From Prevotella sp. (GTDB lineage Bacteria; Bacteroidota; Bacteroidia; Bacteroidales; Bacteroidaceae), in contig JBJEAU010000037.1 in NCBI GenBank assembly GCA_051869355.1, forward strand, positions 247 through 64,246: 64,000 nt of DNA, written 5' to 3'. How positions within the stretch are numbered: the first letter of the stretch is position 1; each line of letters starts with the position of its first letter. The notes beneath the pieces are model-generated. The model saw only the letters and a program-made list of their open reading frames with translations, ran no database searches and was not told the DNA's origin. Below, piece after piece: positions 47,965-57,639 of this stretch. Both the position numbers and the translations under genes were made by a program.

Positions 47965-48014
47965 AAACGCCGTAACCACGTAGGAGCAGGTGCTCTGTGC
48001 GGGTTACGGCGTTT
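47965..48014. terminator. Hairpin between convergent genes (probable terminator)
   Basis: AAACGCCGTAACC...GGTTACGGCGTTT inverted repeat. Confidence 0.7.
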
Positions 48015-48038
48015 ATGCGTTATAGGAAAACAGACTGA

Positions 48039-48809
48039 TTATAAGATGTAATGGGGATGGTCTTCGTCTCCCCATCCGTCTGCGAAGCAAAAACCTTGGT
48101 ATTCGAATCCATGCAAGTCGGCCACTTGCCGGCATCGTTGCTGCAGCAGATACCGTGTCATGGCTCCCCGACAACTTTTGGCATAGACGGTCACGGTCTT
48201 GGGCTTCCCGTCTTTCATCACCAGAAACTTGGGCTGAATCACCCGTACGGCAACCATGACCTGCTTCCAGTCGAAGAGGTGCTCCATCTCCTCCGTGGCC
48301 AGATGCACGAGCACGCCGTCATCTTCCTTGACCGCCTGGATAAGGAGTGAGGTAAGCCGAGGTTTCCAGTAGTCGAACAGGGTCTGTCCTTGCGTGGCAT
48401 CAAGCCGCATATTGCCCTCCATGCGGTAGGCATGTATGGCATCCATCGGACGCAACAAGCCATAGAGAAAACTGGTGATCCACAGGTGCTGCTGTCCATA
48501 GCGCCAAGCATCGTCGTCCAGCGTTTTTGCTTGCAGGCACTTGTAAGCCTGACCGTAATAGGCAGCCAACGCAGGCATGCGCTGGTCGTCGTCGAAGAAG
48601 TGCTGGTAACGCAGTTTGTTGTCCAAAGCGATGCGGCGACTGCAATGAAACATCTCCATGAGCGTCTCCACTTCATGGCGACCCATCTCGGCGGCCATCG
48701 TGTTGGCCTCTTGGTCAAACCGAGGAAGCGTAACGCCCTCTCGTCCACGGGCAATCGTGGACGGGGAGGGCGTATTCATGATTTTGGCACAAGCCAGCAA
48801 AATCTGCAT
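48039..48809 (-). CDS. yaaA: YaaA/DUF328 peroxide-stress protein
   Basis: ILLACAK, SFLYGLLRPMD..HAYRME and AKSCRGAM. Confidence 0.85.
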   Translation of the reverse strand: MQILLACAKIMNTPSPSTIARGREGVTLPRFDQEANTMAAEMGRHEVETLMEMFHCSRRIALDNKLRYQHFFDDDQRMPALAAYYGQAYKCLQAKTLDDDAWRYGQQHLWITSFLYGLLRPMDAIHAYRMEGNMRLDATQGQTLFDYWKPRLTSLLIQAVKEDDGVLVHLATEEMEHLFDWKQVMVAVRVIQPKFLVMKDGKPKTVTVYAKSCRGAMTRYLLQQRCRQVADLHGFEYQGFCFADGWGDEDHPHYIL

Positions 48810-48814
48810 GTGGC

Positions 48815-50104
48815 TTATCTCCCAATCTTGTCCAATGCCTGACGCAGGTCATCGAGTATGTCTTCCACATCCTCGATACCCACCGATAGGCGGATGAGGT
48901 CTGGTGCCACGCCGGCTTCGCGCAACTGCTCGTCGGAGAGCTGGCGATGGGTGTGGCTGGCAGGATGCAACACGCACGAACGGGCATCGGCCACGTGGGT
49001 GACGATGGCAATCATCTGCAGGGCATCCATAAAGGTGATGGCGGTCTGACGGTCGCCCTTCAGGCCGAAGGCCAAAACGCCGCACGAACCGTTGGGGAGA
49101 TATTTCTCGGCGAGCTCATAGTCCGGGTTGTCGGCCAGACCCGGATAGCGAACCCATGCCACGCGCGGGTCGTCGTGCAGGAACTGGGCCACACGCAGCG
49201 CATTGTCGCAGTGGCGGGGCATGCGCAGGTGCAGGGTCTCTAATCCCAGGTTGAGCAAGAACGAGTTTTGTGGAGCCGGAATGGAACCGAGGTCGCGCAT
49301 CAGCTGTGCCACCAGTTTGGTGGTGTAGGCCATCTTGCCAAACTGCTTGGTGTAGGTGATGCCGTGATACGACTCATCGGGGGTGCAAAGGCCGGGGAAC
49401 TTGTCGGCATGGGCATCCCAGTCGAAGTGGCCGCTGTCTACCACGCAGCCGCCCACCTGGGTGGCATGGCCATCCATGTACTTGGTGGTGGAGTGGGTGA
49501 CAATGTCGGCACCCCATTCGAAGGGGCGACAGTTGATGGGTGTGGCAAAGGTGTTGTCGACAATGAGGGGCACACCGTGTGCATGGGCTATGCGGGCGAA
49601 ACGCTCTATATCGAGCACATTGCAGCCCGGATTGGTGATGGTTTCGCCAAAGAGCGCCTTGGTGTTGGGGCGAAAAGCGGCCGAAAGTTCCTCGTCAGAA
49701 GCATGGGGGTCGATAAAGGTGCAGTCGATGCCCAGTTTCTTGAGCGTCACGCCAAACAGGTTGAACGTGCCGCCGTAGATGCCGTTGCAAACCACGATGT
49801 GGCCACCGGCCTCGCAGATGTTGAACACGGCATAGAAGTTGGCTGCCTGTCCGCTCGAGGTCAATACGGCACCCACGCCGCCCTCTAATGCGGCAATCTT
49901 GGCTGCCACCGCATCATTGGTGGGGTTTTGCAGGCGGGTATAGAAATAACCGTCTTTCTTGAGGTCGAAGAGCAGGGCCATTTCTTCCGAGTTCTCGTAC
50001 TTGAATGTGGTGCTTTGGATGATGGGGAGCACACGCGGCTCCCCGTTGCCGGGTGTCCATCCGGCCTGTACGCACAGCGTACCTAAGCGTCGTTTGTTTT
50101 CCAT
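48815..50104 (-). CDS. metY: O-acetylhomoserine aminocarboxypropyltransferase/sulfhydrylase
   Basis: YTRLQNPT, SSGQAA, VDNTFATP, HSTTKY PLP lysine and HPASHTHRQL. Confidence 0.88.
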   Translation of the reverse strand: MENKRRLGTLCVQAGWTPGNGEPRVLPIIQSTTFKYENSEEMALLFDLKKDGYFYTRLQNPTNDAVAAKIAALEGGVGAVLTSSGQAANFYAVFNICEAGGHIVVCNGIYGGTFNLFGVTLKKLGIDCTFIDPHASDEELSAAFRPNTKALFGETITNPGCNVLDIERFARIAHAHGVPLIVDNTFATPINCRPFEWGADIVTHSTTKYMDGHATQVGGCVVDSGHFDWDAHADKFPGLCTPDESYHGITYTKQFGKMAYTTKLVAQLMRDLGSIPAPQNSFLLNLGLETLHLRMPRHCDNALRVAQFLHDDPRVAWVRYPGLADNPDYELAEKYLPNGSCGVLAFGLKGDRQTAITFMDALQMIAIVTHVADARSCVLHPASHTHRQLSDEQLREAGVAPDLIRLSVGIEDVEDILDDLRQALDKIGR

Positions 50105-50194
50105 AAATTCGGTTGTAAAGTATAAAGGAGCAAGGAGGGGTGTGTCATGCACGTTCCCTTGTCTCCCCGCTCCTTTATGCGTTTGATGTTTATG

Positions 50195-50620
50195 TTACTT
50201 TTGTTTCTTCTCCAATTCTATGACAGCCTTACCCTTGCTGTCGGTAAGCACGAGCGTGCCATTTTTCTCGATGCGGTATTTTTCCACCTCGTTGAGGGCC
50301 TGCAAGACCTTGGTTTCGTTGGTCATGTCGGCACACATCATCCGTGTGCTGGCCATCAGTTTGGTATTGAGTGTCCCGGCCTGTACATCCCAGCCACAGC
50401 TGAGTCTGTTGCAGCCCGAATGGCCGTATATACGCTTGTTTTCGCGGTCGAATCCTAAGAAAGGAATCTGCTCTCCTGCCTTCTTGTCGATAGCGGTGCC
50501 GTGTATGCGCTCGATGGTCCATTCGCCTACGAGTGCATCGGGCGATGTGGCTTTCTGGGTAGAGGCACAGGCTGTGAACAAGGCGGCAACAGCAGCCGCA
50601 ACAATCATCTTTTTCTTCAT
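50195..50620 (-). CDS. META-domain (HslJ-like) lipoprotein
   Basis: FTAC lipobox, GHSGCNR and ASTRMMC; TACTTTTG promoter at 50652-50659. Confidence 0.85.
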   Translation of the reverse strand: MKKKMIVAAAVAALFTACASTQKATSPDALVGEWTIERIHGTAIDKKAGEQIPFLGFDRENKRIYGHSGCNRLSCGWDVQAGTLNTKLMASTRMMCADMTNETKVLQALNEVEKYRIEKNGTLVLTDSKGKAVIELEKKQK

Positions 50621-50771
50621 ATCTATTTATCCTTTTCGTTGTTATCGGGTGCAAAAGTACGCATAAACACCCGATTGACGAAATGTATTAATATAATTTA
50701 TTGACTTATGCCAGTAGTTAACAGTGCCCGTTGCGGCTGTTGGACACTGCGCCTATGGTCATTGTATGGCC

Positions 50772-50850
50772 TAAAGATGGCGTTTACGAGGGCTAAATGC
50801 CATGATTAGCGTCGTAAAGGTGGCGTTTACGAGGTCTAAATGCGGCCTTA
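50772..50850. repeat. Mini-array 6 of the CTAAA-N7-TTTAG repeat (4 units)
   Basis: TAAAGATGGCGTTTAC / TAAATGCCATGATTAG / TAAAGGTGGCGTTTAC / TAAATGCGGCC(TTA). Confidence 0.8.
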
Positions 50851-51147
50851 TCTCGTTTTTGTTTGCCGTATGGTATTGATTTCGGCATTAATCTCCTCTA
50901 AGGTGATTTCTGGCCCTGTTTTCGATTCGGCTTCTTGCCTGATTTTGCGGAAGGATGCAATGGCTTTTTCACGTACAGGTTCCTCAGGGTCGGCAGTAAT
51001 CACAAATGGTATGCGTCGGCTTCGGATAACGGTGCGTACAAAAATATTGATGGCAGTATTGGCACTCATGCCAAACTGTTCACAAAGTTGATCGAACTTC
51101 GCTTTTTGGGCTGAGTCGATGCGGACTGTCATTGCTGTCTGTGCCAT
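50848..51147 (-). CDS. RelB/DinJ-family antitoxin (no adjacent toxin seen)
   Basis: MTVRIDS..K..FDQLCEQFGMSANTAINIF...IPF ribbon-helix-helix pattern and a LEEINAEI tail. Confidence 0.85.
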   Translation of the reverse strand: MAQTAMTVRIDSAQKAKFDQLCEQFGMSANTAINIFVRTVIRSRRIPFVITADPEEPVREKAIASFRKIRQEAESKTGPEITLEEINAEINTIRQTKTR

Positions 51148-51167
51148 AAGTCGTGTTGTTTTGGTAG

Positions 51168-51197
51168 CAAATATACATCATAATGGCGTAATTATGA
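51168..51197 (-). promoter_or_regulatory. Antitoxin promoter (-7 TATATTTG) with adjacent palindromic operator
   Basis: TCATAAT-N6-ATTATGA at 51178-51197, just upstream of the -7 element at 51168-51175. Confidence 0.55.
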
Positions 51198-51435
51198 AAT
51201 GTTTTGGATGGAAATGATAACCGTGTTTTGGAATATTAACAGATATATATATCCTATTGACCTTTTTGAGAGCACCAATGGGTAACGATTGATTGCGTGA
51301 ACATGGCATCATTGTGCGCAAGGGTAACGTTAAAAAATCAGAAGCAGGATAAAATTTCTTGACGAAAGTCAGGGAATTGTGCGTCTAATCATGTATATTT
51401 GTAGGTAGATTATAGACTTTTAGCCTACTTACTAT

Positions 51436-51699
51436 ATGGAAGAACAGATAAAAGCAAGACTAATCAGTGATATAGACGAGTTGGAAGAGTTGTTGCGGGA
51501 ACGTTATTATGAGTATGAACAGATGTTGGGAAACCATCGGCGCAACTTCGATAACGACGAGTTGGATTCGGTATGGGGTGAAACGGGCGATATCTACAAT
51601 TACAAACAGATATGGATAGAACCCTTGGAACAGGAACTGAAAACCAAGCGTGATGCGCTGGAACTAATGGACGATGATGACAGTTATTTGTCAGAATAG
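51436..51699 (+). CDS. Small acidic hypothetical protein
   Basis: 87-aa ORF with an AT-rich leader and TATATTTG promoter at 51394-51401; helical, D/E-rich. Confidence 0.6.
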   Translation: MEEQIKARLISDIDELEELLRERYYEYEQMLGNHRRNFDNDELDSVWGETGDIYNYKQIWIEPLEQELKTKRDALELMDDDDSYLSE

Positions 51700-54600
51700 T
51701 CTTTCCCTTTCTTGTCTTTTTTTGCTTTCTTGGCTTTCTTCGCTTTCTTCGTCTTCTTTTTATTGACGATGCCGAAGAGGTCGCGCCAACCATTGAAGTC
51801 TTTTTTCAGAATGAGTCCCACGCCTTGGGTGTTAAGGCTGTTGCGGGTAAAGTAGCGGTCGTTGGTCTGGTTGTAGACACGTACCGAGAAATTGCCGTTG
51901 GGGAATATGAGGTAGCGAAGGTCAAAATCGCCGATGAAACTGGTGGTGGCATTGGCATTGTCGCGATAGCCAAACTGCCCATTGATCAGCAATCGGTTGT
52001 TGAGCAGGCGACCGCTTAGCAGTCCTTCATATTCGGCATTGTTCCATCCCTCGTCTCCGGTGGAGATATTGGCGCCCAGATTCCAGTTGGAACTGTGTGT
52101 CACCGAACTCAATACATTGCTCAACTGCTGGCTGAGGGTGCCGCTGAGGATGCTCTGCATGGCCAGGGAGGTGCGGCTCTGCTGCGTGCCGCCATCCTGA
52201 GTGGCATTGTTGTTGCCCTGTGAGTAGAACCGGCCTACGGCAAGCAGGTAGAGCACCTGCTGGTTCATCTCTTCCTCGCTGTTGATGAGGTTGGTGACCA
52301 TCTGCCGGGCATCGTTGCTGATGGTAGGCAAGTCGAGTCCGAAGTCTACACGGGGTGCCCGTGGGGTGCCGGTGATATTCATGAGGCAGTTGACCCTGAT
52401 ATTGTTGCTGGTAAACGAGCGGCCTATGTTGAGGTCGGAAAGGCTTACGCCATTGATGACATACTGCGCCTTGAGGTTCAGGTTGGCATCCATCGCGTCG
52501 CCGCCAAATCCGATGGTGCCACCGGGCTGGAACTGGAAGTCGCGTCGTATCACATTCTGTATGGTAAGCTTGTAGATACCGTGGTCTACCTCGTACGTGC
52601 CAAACATGTCGAAACTGCCCTTGTTGAAATAGGTGGCGCGGATGGTCCCGTTGCCATTGAGCGCGATATAGTCGCCACTCTGCTTGTCCATCAGCACACG
52701 CAGCGTGGCCTGTGGGGTGCAGTTGATGAGCAGGTTCATGTGGATGTCGCTTGGAATGTCGGCCAAGATATCTTCGGTCTGTACTTCCTCACTTTCTTCA
52801 TCGGGGGTGTTGGGCTTGGCATCGCGGTCTGTCCAATGGATGAACGCCTGGTTGCTGATGGCATCGGGCGAGGCGGCATTGTATTCGATAAACGAGCCTT
52901 GCTCGGGGGTAAGGTGGGCATCGATGGTTACCTCTCCGCTCTTGCCGCGGATGCCGCAACGGCCTGTAGCGAATACGGTGCCGAAGAATGTGTCGTCTCC
53001 GTAATCCTTGGTATCGTATGACAGCAGATTGTAGGCGTCTACACGGATGTCGTAAGAGAGGCGGGTAAGATGCTTGTGGTAGAGGCTGCCCGACACGATG
53101 CCGTAATTGCCGTTGCGGTCGAAGATGGAATCGTTGTCTATCTTGATCTCGTCGGGAATCATGGTCAGCGAGGCATTGCGCAGGGTGTAGGTGGTATTGA
53201 GAGGCTTGATGCCTACCGTGCCGTTTATTTTGGCCTTGCCCTCTAAGTTGATGTCTTTCAGGTCTCCAAACACCCGTAAATGCCCGTCGGCGCGGAGGTT
53301 GATGTCGCGCATGAAACTGCCGCAGAAACTGCCGAGAAACTCGCCCCTGGTGTGGACAGCGTCGATTCCCAAGTCGATATAGTTGCGTTTGGGCGAGACA
53401 TACCCTTTAATAATGGTACGTGCGTTGTCTTCATCGTAGGCGATGGCATCTATGTCGAGCTGTTCATCGGCTTTGTTGAGTTTTACATTGGCAGAGAGTA
53501 CGCCCATGCGGCCTTCCTCAAACTTGAAGTTGGTGACCAGCAGGTCGGCCGAGGCATCGGGATTGTCAAAGGCACCGGCAATATAGGCATAACCAGTCGC
53601 GTTGCCACAGAATTCGACCGCGTGGAAATTGACAAGATTGAGGATATAGCTCACGTCCACATCCTGCAGGTCTACGGTGACGGTGTCTTGTGCATTCTTA
53701 GTGGCAAGTCCCGAGACGATGATGTGCTGACGATTGTGCTCGATGGTAAAATTGTGGATGGCCACATGGTCTTTGCTATAGTGTATGTCGGCCGGTTTGA
53801 CATGCCAGATAGTGTCTCCGATGGTTATCTCCGACGGCTGGATGGCGATATGGGCTGCAGCACCTCTCTCATCGTTGTAGAATCGGGTTTCGGTATCTAC
53901 TTGTCCACGGAATCCATGCTTGTTATTGTTCTCGAACGACAAGAAAGTATGCAGTTTGTTGTCGGCTGCCGTGGCTTGCACGTTCCAATAGGTTCCGGGT
54001 GCCCCATCTGTGGTCTGTTGCAGATGCGCGTATGCCTTGAGGGTGTCGCCGGGTGCCGTCATGCGCAGGTGCCCATGCCGGTATTGCTTGCCGGCATAGG
54101 CAAACGATGGCATATCCACCACCATCGACATCTGGTGGGTGTGGTCGTCGATGCTTCCTTTCATCTGCAGCGGGCGACTCAGTTGGAGGGGAATGCCCAG
54201 CAGGTGGTTGAGCCAGTCAGACTTATGGATGTTGGCCTCGATGGCAAAATCGTTGCGTATCTCCTTATTGGTCTTGGGTAGTCCCGGCAGCGTGGGCAAC
54301 TTGGTGCCTATCAGGTTGGTGATACTCTGTGCGATGGTGGTGTAGTCGTAGCTTCCGTCTATCTGTACATGGCCAAAGTCGCTGTCTATGGTCAATGTAC
54401 GCGCTTGACCCTCGTGCTCGGCCTTGGCCGTGAGCGATTCGAGGACAAAGTCTTCTTCTCTACCGCTCATCCTGAAGTCTGTGAGTGCCAATGCGCCGCA
54501 TACCGTGTTGATGGAATTGCCATGCAGGTTGGCCTGTAGGTCAAAGTCGAACGAAGAGCCCGGCCACTGGTTGGATAGTTTCAATGCAGAGGGGTTCAGG

Positions 54601-56141
54601 TGGCGTACACCCAACAGTAGGTTGGCGGTTTCTTGTCCTTTGGCCAGATTGACCGTACCGTTGAAAGCTATCTGGCCGTTGGGGTCATCCATATTGATAC
54701 TGCCGCTGAAGAGTTGGTTGGCCAGCTTGCCGTCTATGGCGATGTTGCTGTATGGATACGTGTTGTAATCGAAGCGGGCTATGAGTCCCTTGGCTGCCAA
54801 CTGTTCAGGTTTTGTTCCTTTGAGGATTGCCTGAATGTCCAACGTAGTGGTGAGCAATCCGAAATGTGTGTCGTCAAGGATGCGCTCCAAGTTGACCTCT
54901 TTGGTCTCTATGTGCCCGTTGATGCGTGTGCCGTCACGTTGGAGTTGGAGGGAAAGGTCGCCGGCATCGGTGTTGATCTTTCCGTGGGCAACGAGTGTCT
55001 GGTCGTGCCCGCTGGCTTCTCCTGTCATCTTGATGCTGCCGATACGGAGAACGGGTGCGGGAATAGACACCTGTGGCTGGAGTTTGTCGGCTATATCTTC
55101 TATTCCGTCGGCCTCGGCCTTCAGTCCGTCAATGTAAAATTTCCAATGGGGCTGTGTGTTCCATTGGCTTACCATGCCGTGGGCATTGAGCGAAATCTTG
55201 TCTTGGCAAGTGCTGATATTGAGTTTGCTGACCGTGGCCAGCGTTCCTGTTCCGTGGAAGGAAGCATAGAGATTGACAGGTGTGTCCATCTTGTCTAACG
55301 AACCAACGAAACAGCTTAAATCGTAGGGAGTTATGGAAGATGGAGCAATGCTTCCTTCAAACTGTAGGGTGCCCATGTCAATCTTTTTGTCGCGGCTTTG
55401 ATACGTGGCACGGATGGAAGAAATGTTGAGGGTGGAGTGTGGTAGTTGGAGACAAAAGTCATCCAGACGGCCGTGCTGCTTGTCGGCGATGACACTGAAC
55501 GTAAGCGACTTGATTTCCAATCCGGCACGCTCCTTGAACGAGAGTTTCTTGACAAAGAGGTTGAGCGAGTCGTCTTTCAGGCTGTTGAGCATGATGTGCG
55601 TGCTCACATCTGTCAAGTGGAGATGCTGGGGGGTGAACCGGGATGGGGTGGGGATGTCGTGCTGGTCGTATCTGAAACTTCCGTTTCGGATGATGAGCGA
55701 GTGGATGGCCAGGTCCAGTGGCTTATGAGAGGTCGTGTCTTTGGATGCAAGTGAATCGAGGACAAACTGGAAATTGGGGGCTGCATCGGCTGTGGTTTTG
55801 TAGAGATTGGCCTGCAAGCCAAATAGTTGTGCGGAGGAGATGGAGATGCGACCCTCTGTAAGGGCAAGATAATCGAACTTGGCCGATAGGCGCGTGGCTT
55901 TCAGCATGGTCTCGCCCTGCTGGTCGCAAATCTCTACACCGTCTATGATGATACGGTTGAAGAATCCCAAATCTACACGTGACACACTGACTTTGGTGCC
56001 GAGCTTTTTGGCTATCGCGTCGCTTACCTGATTGCCGACAAAACGCTGTACTGGCGGCACATGCGTCAATATCATCAGTGCTACAATCAGCCCGACCAAG
56101 AGCCAAATGACACCGTTCAGTATATGTTTGAGCGTATTCAA
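51684..56141 (-). CDS. tamB: Translocation/assembly module TamB (DUF490) family protein
   Basis: N-terminal TM, long beta-taco-like repeats and a C-terminal GTIGFGGDA...LLNNRLLING...QGVGL. Confidence 0.85.
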   Translation of the reverse strand: MNTLKHILNGVIWLLVGLIVALMILTHVPPVQRFVGNQVSDAIAKKLGTKVSVSRVDLGFFNRIIIDGVEICDQQGETMLKATRLSAKFDYLALTEGRISISSAQLFGLQANLYKTTADAAPNFQFVLDSLASKDTTSHKPLDLAIHSLIIRNGSFRYDQHDIPTPSRFTPQHLHLTDVSTHIMLNSLKDDSLNLFVKKLSFKERAGLEIKSLTFSVIADKQHGRLDDFCLQLPHSTLNISSIRATYQSRDKKIDMGTLQFEGSIAPSSITPYDLSCFVGSLDKMDTPVNLYASFHGTGTLATVSKLNISTCQDKISLNAHGMVSQWNTQPHWKFYIDGLKAEADGIEDIADKLQPQVSIPAPVLRIGSIKMTGEASGHDQTLVAHGKINTDAGDLSLQLQRDGTRINGHIETKEVNLERILDDTHFGLLTTTLDIQAILKGTKPEQLAAKGLIARFDYNTYPYSNIAIDGKLANQLFSGSINMDDPNGQIAFNGTVNLAKGQETANLLLGVRHLNPSALKLSNQWPGSSFDFDLQANLHGNSINTVCGALALTDFRMSGREEDFVLESLTAKAEHEGQARTLTIDSDFGHVQIDGSYDYTTIAQSITNLIGTKLPTLPGLPKTNKEIRNDFAIEANIHKSDWLNHLLGIPLQLSRPLQMKGSIDDHTHQMSMVVDMPSFAYAGKQYRHGHLRMTAPGDTLKAYAHLQQTTDGAPGTYWNVQATAADNKLHTFLSFENNNKHGFRGQVDTETRFYNDERGAAAHIAIQPSEITIGDTIWHVKPADIHYSKDHVAIHNFTIEHNRQHIIVSGLATKNAQDTVTVDLQDVDVSYILNLVNFHAVEFCGNATGYAYIAGAFDNPDASADLLVTNFKFEEGRMGVLSANVKLNKADEQLDIDAIAYDEDNARTIIKGYVSPKRNYIDLGIDAVHTRGEFLGSFCGSFMRDINLRADGHLRVFGDLKDINLEGKAKINGTVGIKPLNTTYTLRNASLTMIPDEIKIDNDSIFDRNGNYGIVSGSLYHKHLTRLSYDIRVDAYNLLSYDTKDYGDDTFFGTVFATGRCGIRGKSGEVTIDAHLTPEQGSFIEYNAASPDAISNQAFIHWTDRDAKPNTPDEESEEVQTEDILADIPSDIHMNLLINCTPQATLRVLMDKQSGDYIALNGNGTIRATYFNKGSFDMFGTYEVDHGIYKLTIQNVIRRDFQFQPGGTIGFGGDAMDANLNLKAQYVINGVSLSDLNIGRSFTSNNIRVNCLMNITGTPRAPRVDFGLDLPTISNDARQMVTNLINSEEEMNQQVLYLLAVGRFYSQGNNNATQDGGTQQSRTSLAMQSILSGTLSQQLSNVLSSVTHSSNWNLGANISTGDEGWNNAEYEGLLSGRLLNNRLLINGQFGYRDNANATTSFIGDFDLRYLIFPNGNFSVRVYNQTNDRYFTRNSLNTQGVGLILKKDFNGWRDLFGIVNKKKTKKAKKAKKAKKDKKGKDYSDK

Positions 56142-56285
56142 AAATGTAGAATGTTTTGCAAATTTACATTTTTTTCTCCATTGCAGGGGAATTTCATGTG
56201 ATTTTTTTTCTTATTGTCCATGTTTTTGCTTATTTTTGCATTGTCTATGGATGATTATAATATTAAATAAATACAGTGAATTTAT

Positions 56286-57635
56286 ATGGCAAATGTGATT
56301 AAGTTGCGCAAGGGCCTGAACATTAAACTGAAAGGACGTGCCACAGAGCAGTCTGCAACATTGGGGGTACGCGGTGAGTATGCACTGGTGCCCGAAGATT
56401 TTGCAGGAGTGACTCCTAAGGTGGTGGTCAGTGAAGGACAACATGTTAAGGCCGGAGACGCATTGTTTATCAACAAGAACTATCCGGATGTGAAGTTCGC
56501 CTCACCGGTCAGTGGTGTTGTCACCGCCGTGCTCAGAGGCGAGCGCCGAAGGGTTCTGTGTGTGAAGGTAAAGGCTGACGCGACTCAGGAGTTTGTGGAC
56601 TTTGGGGTCAAGAAAGTCGACTCCCTGCAAGGGAAAGAGGTGGTGGATGCTTTGTTGGAGGCTGGTCTTTTCGGCTATATCAACCAGCTTCCCTATGCGG
56701 TGTCTACGCAACCCAAGGCCGAGCCCAAGGCTATATTCGTCTCTGCTTTGAGGGATATGCCGCTTGCTGGTGACTTTGAGGTGGAGCTGAAAGGTAACGA
56801 GGCTGCATTCCAAGCTGGTTTGACGGCGCTGTCGAAGATAGCCAAAGTGTATTTGGGTATAGGCAGGATGCAGTCGTCGAAGGCGCTGACAGCAGCCCAG
56901 TCTGTAGAGACCTATGTATTTGATGGCCCATGCCCGGCAGGCAATGTGGGTGTGCAGGTCAACCATATAGACCCGGTCAACAAGGGTGAAGTGGTTTGGA
57001 CGGTAGACCCTACGGCTGTCATTTTCTTTGGCCGACTCTTCTTGGAAGGTAAGGTGAATCTGGTGAGAAAGGTGGCTGTGGCCGGCAGTATGGTTACGCA
57101 TCCCTCGTATGTTGAGACGTTGGTAGGAACACCGCTTGCTGCCGTGCTGGAAGGCAACCTTGTACGTCTCGACCATGTGCGTATCTTGAACGGTAACCCG
57201 TTGACAGGACGTGTCTCTGCCATGACAGATTATCTGGGTGCGCATACGTCTGAAGTGACAGTCATTCCCGAAGGAGATAATGTGAATGAGGCTTTTGGCT
57301 GGATATTGCCACGCTTTAAGCAGTTCTCGGCTTCCAAGAGTTACTTCTCATGGTTGCAAGGCAAGCGTGACTACGATTTGGATGCCCGAATTAAAGGTGG
57401 ACAACGCCATCTAATCATGAGTGGCGAGTATGACCGAGTATTGCCCATGGATATCTTTGGCGAGTATCTCATCAAGGCTATCATTGCCGGAGATATTGAC
57501 CGTCAGGAGCAATTGGGTATTTACGAGGTGAGCCCCGAGGACTTTGCCGTGGCAGAGTTTGTCGATTCCTCCAAATTGGAATTGCAAAAGATTGTGAGAG
57601 AAGGATTGGAAATATTACGTAAGGAAAACGCTTAG
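56286..57635 (+). CDS. nqrA: Na+-NQR subunit A
   Basis: IKLRKGLNIKLKG, FASPVSG, GPCPAGNVGV; first gene of a six-gene nqr operon. Confidence 0.95.
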   Translation: MANVIKLRKGLNIKLKGRATEQSATLGVRGEYALVPEDFAGVTPKVVVSEGQHVKAGDALFINKNYPDVKFASPVSGVVTAVLRGERRRVLCVKVKADATQEFVDFGVKKVDSLQGKEVVDALLEAGLFGYINQLPYAVSTQPKAEPKAIFVSALRDMPLAGDFEVELKGNEAAFQAGLTALSKIAKVYLGIGRMQSSKALTAAQSVETYVFDGPCPAGNVGVQVNHIDPVNKGEVVWTVDPTAVIFFGRLFLEGKVNLVRKVAVAGSMVTHPSYVETLVGTPLAAVLEGNLVRLDHVRILNGNPLTGRVSAMTDYLGAHTSEVTVIPEGDNVNEAFGWILPRFKQFSASKSYFSWLQGKRDYDLDARIKGGQRHLIMSGEYDRVLPMDIFGEYLIKAIIAGDIDRQEQLGIYEVSPEDFAVAEFVDSSKLELQKIVREGLEILRKENA

Positions 57636-57639
57636 AACT

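Noticed and set aside
51700-51762. Lys-rich 9-bp repeats at the tamB 3' end (KKAKKAKKAKK)
   Set aside because: A low-complexity, in-frame tail with no evidence of phase variation.
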